Origin: Minutocellus sp. GHC0000111
Lineage: Eukaryota
Length of the DNA stretch: 64,000 nucleotides
Reading direction: 5' to 3'
Assembly: GCA_977018835.1 (NCBI GenBank)
Contig: OZ361256.1
Coordinates: forward strand, 4,836,001-4,900,000
This document shows, piece after piece, positions 54,890 through 64,000 of this stretch. The translations under genes were made by a program, and so were the position numbers. The notes under the pieces were generated by a model, which was given only the letters and a program-made list of their open reading frames with translations, was not told the origin of the DNA and did not search any database. Within the stretch, counting starts at the first letter, position 1, and each line of letters starts with the position of its first letter.

Positions 54890-56149
54890 ATGCCTAAATC
54901 CAAGTCCAAGTCCAAGGTGGAAGTGCCGGTCGGAAGCCGTACGGGGGGTGTCTATGATGTCAAGGAGAGTGGGATCGAATTCCGGCACATGCCGCAGCTG
55001 CCGACGCCCAAGGATGGGGCAGAATTCTTGAGCCGGATGAAATCCAACTTTGAGCTCAACATACTGGAACAGCCCAACGACAACGACCTGGTCTTTGAGA
55101 TTAAGGGGGTCGACGTTTCTTTTGCGAATGCTCTCAGGCGCATCATGATTGCGGAGGTTCAGACGATGGCCATCGAAAAGGTGTACATATTCGACAACAC
55201 CTCCATCATTCACGATGAGGTTCTGGCCCATCGGCTGGGCCTGGTCCCTATCAACATCGATCCTCGGCATTTTATTGATGTGGAAGATGAGGACGAGCTG
55301 ACGGATGAGAATACTTTGGTCTTCAGTCTCAAGGTGACCTGCGGTAGGAGCCGCGCCCACGACGAGCAGAAGGAGCGTGCCCGCAAGGCCAGAGAGGAGC
55401 GACAGAGCAAGCGGGACGGGGACGCCGCGGCAGATCCGGAGGACTCCATCATGGGCAACGACGATCTCGATAAGGCCGCTGCCGAAGCTGCCGAGGCGCA
55501 TCACTCGGCGCAGCACAAGGCAGGAAGGGAAACGCTTGCCGATGCCGTCGAGATGCCAGGTCGTCCTTACACCAAGCATGTCTACAGCCGATCGCTCAAG
55601 TTTGTTCCGCAGGGAACGCAGGAGGAACAGTTCCCAGAGGGCGTGCATATGGTCCATGACGATATCCTGCTGGGCAAGCTTCGGCCGGGCCAGTCCATCG
55701 AGCTGGAGGCTCATGCCCGCCGTGGTGTCGGTGAGGACCATGCCAAGTACTCCCCCGTTGCCACGGCTTCGTATCGGCTGATGCCTCAAGTGGAGCTTCT
55801 CAATCCTGTGTACGATGAGCTTGCAGATGATTTGGCCAATCTGTACGAACCAGGAGTCTTCGAGGTGGTGAAATGTGACTCTAAAGATGATGCTGGGCAT
55901 GATCGAAAGGCGGTGGTTGTAAATCCCTATGCTTGTACAATGAGCCGAAACTTTATGCGCGTGCCCGAGCTGAAGGAGGCCGTCAAGATCACAAGAGTGC
56001 CGGATCACTTCATCTTTAGCATCGAAAGTGTCGGTGCGCTCAAGCCAGGAGTCATCCTCGCTGAGGCACTTCGAATTCTCAAGGGAAAGTGCCACAATGT
56101 CATCCGAATGGCCGATGAAAGCTTGGAAGTTGAGGGTCTCAATGAGTGA
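54890..56149 (+). CDS. POLR1C: RNA polymerase I/III shared subunit AC40 (RPAC1)
   Basis: SFANALRRIMIAEVQTMAIE, NTSIIHDEVLAHRLGLVPI, KLRPGQ, DHAKYSPVATASYRLMP, DHFIFSIESVG. Confidence 0.95.
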   Translation: MPKSKSKSKVEVPVGSRTGGVYDVKESGIEFRHMPQLPTPKDGAEFLSRMKSNFELNILEQPNDNDLVFEIKGVDVSFANALRRIMIAEVQTMAIEKVYIFDNTSIIHDEVLAHRLGLVPINIDPRHFIDVEDEDELTDENTLVFSLKVTCGRSRAHDEQKERARKAREERQSKRDGDAAADPEDSIMGNDDLDKAAAEAAEAHHSAQHKAGRETLADAVEMPGRPYTKHVYSRSLKFVPQGTQEEQFPEGVHMVHDDILLGKLRPGQSIELEAHARRGVGEDHAKYSPVATASYRLMPQVELLNPVYDELADDLANLYEPGVFEVVKCDSKDDAGHDRKAVVVNPYACTMSRNFMRVPELKEAVKITRVPDHFIFSIESVGALKPGVILAEALRILKGKCHNVIRMADESLEVEGLNE

Positions 56150-57548
56150 GATTATCTCACTCACAAAACATTCTGTATCGTTGAGCTGCGTGTACATCAT
56201 GGTATTATTATATATATAATAGATTACTAGTACAAATCAGCAAGAATTTTACTAGTAGGAATATAATATTGCGAACTCTAGAACTCTACATGTATACCGC
56301 GTACATGTACCGCTAGCTACGTATCAACTGGCCTCGTGCAGTCGAATGTAGTTTCATCTTTTTTGCTGCCGGTACTTACCGTAACCGTAGGTGCGGTAGA
56401 GCACTTTTATGGGTAGTACCGCAGCTGCATTGACCTTGTAGAAGACTCTATCTATCTAGCTACGTAGAGAGTTGTGCAGCTGTAGCGTTGAATTTGTTCA
56501 CGCCTCGTTCATTGAACAAGTGCCGTCTACTTTTTTTTGGTAAGAACAAAGAAAGACTAACTTTTATAGTACAGTCGCCATCGCTTGGGTAAGAGGCACA
56601 CCCGCACCGGCACCCAAGCGATGGCCCCTGCCTACTGGCCCCAAATGCCCGCCGATTCTACATGTAGGCGTCTTGCCCTGTGCAATAAGGGCATAGGGGC
56701 CGGGGCATTGGGTTGGTTGGTTCGACCCCGAGATCGTTTTCGTATTTTGACTGACCATCGCAGGAGGTCACCCTCCTAGATGGTTCTTCGAGCATGGGAC
56801 CAACAGCAGTCGATGGCTGCATTATCAGTCCACATAGGCTCGTGGTGCTTCGGGCGGGCGTGCACACGTTCACCATGTAGAGCGTGATTCGACGATCTAA
56901 GGATGGCAATGCTCATCCTAGATCGAACGAAGTAACTCGTGCGGCTGTGGTGCATCTCCCACTACATGTAGATCTACGTGCGGTGCCACTGCCGGTCTCC
57001 AACGGAGCCTGCATGTCTCGATAAGGCCAATGATCTCAGCAGTAGACCTCACAAAGCTTGATCAAACCTGCTAATGTGCTGACGGCCTTGACGAGGCCTC
57101 ACAAAGATAAAGCAGGCCTGTTATTGTGCCGATGGCCTGGCCCAGGCCTACATGTAGAGAAATCTACGTGTCGTCCGGTGGGCGCTAGCGCAAACTACGG
57201 AGTAGGCCTGCATGTGCACACATCTATCAAATCGATGAAGGCCTAGGTGCTAGGCTTTGTCCGTTGTCAGTGGACTGCTTGGGCGAGAGCATGTTCCCAG
57301 ATGTTCCTCTTCGCCAGCACACTACGAGATTGAGGACTTTAGAAATGTTGTCGGGATTGAAAGGGGTTACAACGGGAAACCAGGCCTGAACTCATCCGCG
57401 CAAGGTCCAATTTTCAGGAGATTGGTTTCTTCTCACAAATGCAGAGGAAGTAACCCTATACCAAACACAGAGTCAGGATTTTACTCTCCACCGTAAATTT
57501 GCGGCCTTGCTTCATTTTTCATTTCGCTTTGCTTTCCCAGTCAGCACG

Positions 57549-59668
57549 ATGGGCAGCGCCGCTCCGAACGACGCATCGGCTGAGCCGATCCAGGCGGCCT
57601 CGGTGCCGTTGCAATCCTCTACCGACGCATCAGGAGGAATTGGTCCCGAATTCGTCGCTGTAATTCTGGCCGCAACGGCCGGCACGAGACTCTTCCCCCT
57701 CACGACGGAGGGGGACGACGACCATGGAGGCATGAGCGATGACGATGATGAGTTTGATGCGCTTCCGCAGGAGCCCGACAGCGAGGAGGAGGGAGAAGAT
57801 GGCGGCAACGATGTTGAAATGAAGGGGGGTGACGACGCAGCTGCCGGTGCATCCCAAGCAGACGACGACGATCCCACGGTACCCAAGCATTTGCTCCCCG
57901 TAGCCGGCAAAACCATCCTCAGCCGTCTGCTGGGGTCGGTGGCGTCGGCTGGCTTCTCCCGCTGCATCGTGGCAGTGGGCGCATCTGACAACGGCTTGAC
58001 CGCCAAGTCGATTCTATCCGAGGAGGCCGCTGCGACTGCGGCTGGTTCCTCGTCTGGTGCAGGCGGCAGCAGTATCAGCCGCGTCAGCGACCATGTTCTC
58101 CGTATGGCGGTCGGCGGGAGCAGCGCCAGCGGAGGAGGAAAGAAGAACAAGGCGTCTGCTGCTAGCGCGGGAAAGTCTATGGACATATCCATCGTGACTC
58201 TTGGTGTCAACTGCGGTGGGTCGGCCGATGCCGTCCGACATCTCTCCAGCGCTGGGGCCGTCCCGGCCAATAGCCATCTGGTCGTCCTCCCGGGCGATCT
58301 CGTTTTGGCCTCCTCCCTCGGCGATGGCACCTCCCTCCGCCTTTTGGCAGACGCCCATCGGAGAGGACAGCAAGAGAGGGAGGGCGCTCCCGCCTCCTTC
58401 GCTCCTCCGGCCTGCACGCTGCTCCTATCGGACGTCGGTGACGAGGACGAGAATGGCATCCCGCTCAAGGAATCGGCTAAGGTAAGACAGCGAGGAAGGA
58501 AAAGGAACGAGATATGTCTGTTATGTCCACCTTCACTGTGATTGCGCATTTGAGCATATTTTTCAATCGTGTCCTATATCCTCTTTCAATTGGCATGTTC
58601 TCTTCAGCTCATGAAATTATTTCTATTTGTTGATTATGCCATTTAATTCAATGCCAGGCGAAGAAGGGTGGGTTGGCAAGAGATGAGGAGGACATTGAGT
58701 ACATCGGTCTTTCCTCGTCGGCCACTGCGGCGTCACCTCATCAACCCTCTTCCCCACAGCGCCTTATCATGAAGCAGTCCAAGGTAGTTGTGGAAGAAGA
58801 CGAGGGCACCGGGTCTACGCCGAAGCTGGTCCTGCCCAAGGGACGCTTCCGCCACCCCGGCGGACCGACCACAACTACTATCCGCACGGACCTTCACGAT
58901 TTGCATGTCTATGCTCTCTCCCCATGGGTCGTCCGGTTGCTCTCGGTTCGGCCGGGGCTATCATCGCTCCAGAAGGAGGTTTTGCCTCTGCTAGTATCGA
59001 GGCAATTCCGTGGTGTTGCTGCTGCATTTGGATCTGCGTCCCTCGATGGGTCGTCTGGAGCCCGAGAGGCATTGGATGACGTGCTGTCGTCAAGACCTTT
59101 CGCATCCGGAGGAGCTCCGCAGGAAGGACGAGAATCAATCACGGCAGCTGCAGATGACGGCGACCAACAGGATGGCACCGGTGATGGCCAGAGAAGATCT
59201 CTGCCGGCGTCTCCTCCCTTTGCTGTTTCGGCCCAGGTACTGGACCGTAGCACGTCCCGTCTAAGCTTGCGATGTGCAACAATTCCAGCGTATCTATACG
59301 GGTGCAGAGAAGTTGTTGCGGAGGCTACCAAGGCTGGAGCGGACGTACACAAAGCTGTGTTTCCTGATGGGACACAGGTCAACTCAAAGTTTCAGTCCAT
59401 TATTCTTCCTGAGTCTTCCATCTCGGAGAAGGTAACGCTGAAATCTTCTACTGTCGGTAAAGGGGCAAAACTTGGTGGCCGCTGCCGTCTCAACAATGTC
59501 GTCATTATGGACGGAGCAACCATTGGTGAAAATTGTATCCTGCAAAACTCGGTGCTGGGCGCGGGATGTGTCATTGGCGAGAATTGTAACCTCAATGATT
59601 GTCAGGTAGCTCCTGGAGCTGAAGTACCTTCTCTCACAAAAGAAAAGGGCGAGAGCTTCATGAGGTAG
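57549..59668 (+). CDS. EIF2B3: Translation initiation factor eIF2B gamma subunit; intron 58482-58657
   Basis: AVILAATAGTRLFPLT, PKHLLPVAGK (pyrophosphorylase-like), IRTDLHDLHVY, C-terminal left-handed beta-helix hexapeptides, no W2 domain; GTAAGA..GCCAG intron in phase. Confidence 0.85.
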
Positions 59669-59818
59669 ATTCTAAGATATCTACACAGACATCCGTACAT
59701 GCTTTCAGGTATAAATATTGTCTTTGTATGTACTTCTAGCTACGTAATAAACAAAATGAAAACGCCTGTAATCAAAATATGACGTCGTTTCTATCATCAA
59801 TCGACCACACAACCCTTC

Positions 59819-61933
59819 TTATGCCGACTTTGCGGCCTTATTCTGGCACCTTGTTATCACGGAACCGTGATTAGAAAAGGAGGTGTTGACGATAGTCTGC
59901 ACAACCAAACCAGAGGCCCTCCCAAACGCGGCCGCGGCTTGTCCGTAGTCGCCGCGTGAAAGTTGAAGCTGGGCGATGGAATTAACAATGTTGATCACGA
60001 CATAGTGATTATGTCCAAAGGCCTTGATCGCCACTGCGTAGCACTTTTCGTAGATGATGAGAGCTTCGGCGGTATGTCCTCTTGCACGGTAGATGTGTGC
60101 GACATAGCTGAGGGAGAAAACAAAAATCATGTGGTTGGGTGGAAGGACTTTGCGAGCCATCTGAATGACTTGATTGAACGTAGACAGTGCCTGGTTGTGT
60201 AGGCCTCGTTCAAACTGAATCTGAGCGATGGAGAACAACGTCTTGGATATTTCTGCATGATCATCGCCGTAGACAGACTTTCGAAGGGCCAAAACTTCGC
60301 TCAGAGTTCGCATGGCATCTTCCTTTTGGCCAAAAAATGATAGTAAGAGACCAATTTGATGCCGAGCGAAGGCGATGATGATTCTTCCCCCAGGTCCCTT
60401 TCCGACTCCACCTGATTCGATAGGAAGGGTGGCAGTTGTTAGAAAGTTTTCGTATTGTGTCTTCGCTTCAACGGAATTGCCCATCTTATGCTTGATAAGG
60501 CCAATGTTGTACTCGATGACAGCAACGGCCATATGAGATATGACACCAAGAAGGCTCTTCCGTATCGTAGAAATTGTGAGAGAAATGGCGAGAGCCTCCG
60601 TGAGCCTTGACAAACGAAAGAGGATTCTACCAAGATTGCTGAGAATGATCGTTTGGACGTATAGTCGGCTCGCGTTTCTCTTCGGGAAGCTCGTCAAAGA
60701 TGACTCGCCACCGACCGCCAAGCTGGCAAGAGTCGAAGCCATGAGCTCGGCGAGATCCATCTGACCTGCGGTGGTATTTTTGTTGCCATTACTGTCGCCA
60801 AAGGCTTCAGGAGTGCCTCTCATCGCACTCATCAGGTATTGCTCGGAATCCTGCAGCTTTTCTTTTTTGTACAAGATATGAGCGATGTTGTTGAGGGCCA
60901 TCGAAGCAAGGAGATTCTCGGTATGGCTGGCGGCGGTGGTGGTTATGGTGGTAGTTGTCTCGCTAAGAGGGAAACACAGCGCTTGTAGGAACGGAGAGCA
61001 GCTTCCTCCGAAACCCCAAGTAGCTCGTAGGTGACCGCAACGTTGTACGCCGCGATTGCTGCGTCGCATGTGATGGATGATGAAAAGAGCGCAGTAGGGG
61101 ATGACAGTATGCACTCTGGAAGCGCACCTTCTTGGTGTTCGATGAGAAGTGGCTCGGAAAAATTTTGAGTTCCCTGTAATAAAAGGAGACACCATGGTAG
61201 TTATATAATAACATAATAATACAATGTGAATGTCAGTGAAAAAGATTGCTTTGCATCGAGTATGTAGGGGCGTTGGGTGTAGTGTAATGTAGAGCCAACG
61301 CAAGCAAAAAGTTCTTCATCACGTGGTATATACACTTACCGAATCCTCGCTGATCTCCTCGCGGTACATTTCCACGTGGGCCATTTCCTCTCCACTTTTC
61401 GTTCCTCTGCCCTTCTTTGCGGCAGCACAGTTCGTTCGTCGGCTGGGACTGCTGCTATTGCCGCCATGGATCTTCGCGTTGGTATCATCAGCGAGTTCTG
61501 TCCGTCTCTTCTTCTCAGTACCGACGCTGTCCCGTTTGGCAAGGCTGCGGGCTTGGCGAAGACGTTTGCAGCAGGACGAAGGCGGGGGCGGGGGCGGTTT
61601 CGGTGCGTGATTTGAGGAGGAGGAGGAGGAGGAGGAGACGGCATCGTTGTCTTGGTCACTTGTAGAAAAGGAAGGGACGTTGTTGGTTGTTTCGTGCTGT
61701 TTGCAGTCGGTAGTGTTGATACCATCATTGACGTGGTCATCTGTCTTGGTAGCGCCGGCATCGATGGAAAGCGTCATCTGGGCACGCTGGAAGACCTCCA
61801 GCGCCTCGCCGAGCTGGCCGTTCTCGATCAGATCGACGCCGACTTTGATCAGGGCCTTTGCCGTCGAGCGGCGGCCCTCCGTGGTGCCCAAGGACGATTG
61901 CGAGTGGGTGCTATTGCCAACAACGATGCCCAT
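59819..61933 (-). CDS. Kinesin-light-chain-type TPR repeat protein; intron 61174-61339, 1-bp frameshift near 60965
   Basis: Repeats such as LALRKSVYGDDHAEISKTLFSIA and AIKAFGHNHYVV. Splicing GTAAGT..TTACAG gives EEISEDSGTQNFSEPLLI...AAYNVA. Confidence 0.75.
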
Positions 61934-63728
61934 GGTTGCTTGCAGATAGAAGCTACGTAGCTTTGCTTTACTGTCTTCGAATGAAAAGTGAGCGAGAGCT
62001 ATCTTGGAAAAGTGGGAAATCAATTCAAAAGTGGGAAATGCTGCTACTTCGTCAGCGTCAGTGGCGAACACAATCGATCATGTGTTGTGAGGCTGAACAG
62101 GAAAGTAGCCGGCGGTAAAAGGCCGAGATCATGAGTAAGTCCGGGATATGGTACAGGGCAAGCAGGCCAAACGGGCGTGCGTGCCTCTCCTTCGGCGCAT
62201 CCGGCACTTTACTCGGTTGCTTTCCTTTTGTATTTATCATTTTTGCTCAACACCGGCCCCGCATCCCGAATTTGTCACAGGATCCTTGGTCCCACTTTCT
62301 TTCGAGGCATTTGAGGTTTCTTTGGAGCCTGTTGCGGAATATTTTGAACTTCTTCGCAGTTCTTCCCACTCAAAATACATAATAAGCCTACAGCCTCATT
62401 CATTCGTATTCAAGTATCGGCCTTGCGTGGATTTCTGAGAGAACGAGGTCAAGAGGACGCAAGAGCCGCAAAGACGCAAGAGCCGCAAAGTGCATGATGT
62501 ACGGCCGTGTAGCGTACCTTTCGAGTTCAGAGGATTTGAAAGTGACGTGATGATGACGTATTAGAAACACGACCACACCAGACCAAAAATCCAAGCTCAC
62601 TTTTTCTAACTCCGAGGAATAAATGACGGCCAAGATGGAAGTCGGGGCAAGAACCAAGTTATGGTCACCAACTTCTACATATAGTCGAGAGATATTGTGC
62701 ACCAGAACCAATAAATGTACATTATGTGATGATTTTTTTCGACATTTGCATTCCTCACCCCGGGAAAAAATAACATTTTTGGAAGCACCAAATCAAAATG
62801 TAATGAATAGAAATGGACATGCTATGATAAGTTATAGCAAATCAATGAATGACTCCATCGTCTTCATCATTTTCATCTATGTCGTCCTCAATGTCATCAT
62901 CTTCGCCGGGAGCATCAATTGGCCAGAGTGGTTCACCATCCTCTTCAGCTTCTTCCTCGGCAATTTTTTCGAGAGAGTTGGTCCAGCCCAGCTTTAGGTG
63001 AGCCGCTCGACCCACAGCCCCATCTCGTCTTGTTTCGCCGGTCGGATGAAGCGTTTTTCGGCAGAAGACGAACACGTCACGAAGAAACCCACCAAAACCC
63101 AATCTCGTTCGTCACCCATTCTTTGACCGTCCAACACCATGGTGGTCCGTCGGCGTTGCGCCGGCGCACAACCATGTTTTCGTACCAAACACGCATTCAT
63201 TATCATGTTTGGATGTAGTTGAAGCTTACTGCATCCTCAGATTGGCCTCCGCTGCGTATCAACGCCACGAACCATCGGCCTACTTTTCCTCCATCTGTCG
63301 GCCGTTCGTTTCTCTGGGGTGGTGCCATTGCTCCGTCTTTGTGCTCGTCGTGCTCCCGTTGTGATGCCCCAGACCCTCTGGCACTTTCCCACGTTGTTGT
63401 TGATGATAAACTGCCAGGATTGCGCCGCACCCCCCGTATGACCGACTCTCGCTGATCCCGACCGATCGCATCCCCACTCGACCTCCCGGAATTCCGACAA
63501 CAATTTTGCGCCCGAGAGGAGACAGATGGTGTTGGGATAAGTTTATGCAACAATCAACCCGACAAAGGGACTTTTTGGTCTGGGAGAAAAATGGGTGAGT
63601 TAAGAAGGACGTGATGTGTTTGTTTGGGTGTGCTGTTTACTTTTTTGCTCAATCGCGATACTGTTTGTAAAAGTTGGATTATGCAATTCATTTTTTGTCA
63701 TTGTGTAGCAGCAGTGTAATTTCATTTT

Positions 63729-64000
63729 CTAATATTGTACATGCCCTGCTCCCATCTCTACATCCTCATCTCCATCGGTGGCCATCATGATCATTTGTTG
63801 GCGCTTGTCATCAGTTTCTGCTTTAACAGCTTCGGTCCTTGTCCTTTTCCTTGTTCTTGCCACCCAAGAGTTTCGCTCCCGCCTCTCGTCGACCTTTGGA
63901 TTGGATGCCCTCTCCTCAGCCTTGAACTGCGCCGTCTGTTGGGCCTCACATCCCTTGACGCCCTGAGTCCGACGATCTTCCTTAACGCCCTCTTGGTGGG
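63729..64000 (-). CDS. Possible 3' end of a hydrophilic hypothetical protein entering from beyond the window
   Basis: Open minus frame HQEGVKEDRR...DGDEDVEMGAGHVQY* with stop at 63729-63731; no domain recognised. Confidence 0.25.
   Translation of the reverse strand, partial: HQEGVKEDRRTQGVKGCEAQQTAQFKAEERASNPKVDERRERNSWVARTRKRTRTEAVKAETDDKRQQMIMMATDGDEDVEMGAGHVQY

Noticed and set aside
54881..56200. 439-aa minus-strand ORF
   Set aside because: Antisense shadow of RPAC1 in mirrored codon register; no recognisable motifs.
56690..56745. GGTTCGACCCC resembling a tRNA T-loop/B-box
   Set aside because: No cloverleaf stems or properly spaced A-box could be built.
57512..58549. 345-aa minus-strand ORF
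   Set aside because: Antisense shadow of GC-rich eIF2B-gamma exon 1.

Overview
Gene-dense eukaryotic nuclear DNA, very probably from a diatom (ochrophyte). Evidence: GT-AG introns, several signal-peptide + F-starting (ASAFAP-type) plastid presequences, a DUF6824-like domain, and an algal-type NADPH oxidase with extra TM helices. About 27 genes or pseudogenes are present. Housekeeping: RPS25, UTP18, RPAC1/POLR1C, eIF2B-gamma, aprataxin, WRNIP1/MgsA, a CCX/NCLX exchanger. Plastid-targeted: fibrillin, YheT-type hydrolase, Cys-GST. Regulators: a TALE homeobox gene and a diatom-type CxxC protein. There is a complete 2,340-bp Tc1/mariner element (TA TSD, 29-bp TIRs, DD38D, frameshifted) and a decayed DUF6824-AAA ATPase gene. 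Most interesting: (i) a V-ATPase c-type proteolipid lacking the proton-carrying glutamate; (ii) a tandem two-domain bacterial-type (Tmm-like) FMO; (iii) a HOP-like TPR domain fused to prefoldin subunit 1; (iv) a mini-protein resembling the FLASH N-terminal histone-processing domain; (v) the DD38D mariner with an HMG-box-like segment and an antisense passenger ORF; (vi) a pervasive palindromic micro-insertion signature (TAGCTA/TACATGTA) that coincides with reading-frame breaks in decayed genes. Several 1-bp homopolymer frameshifts in conserved genes and two exact tandem duplications suggest an imperfectly polished assembly. All family assignments come from motif recognition by eye; no database searches were run. 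No tRNA, rRNA or CRISPR array was seen.
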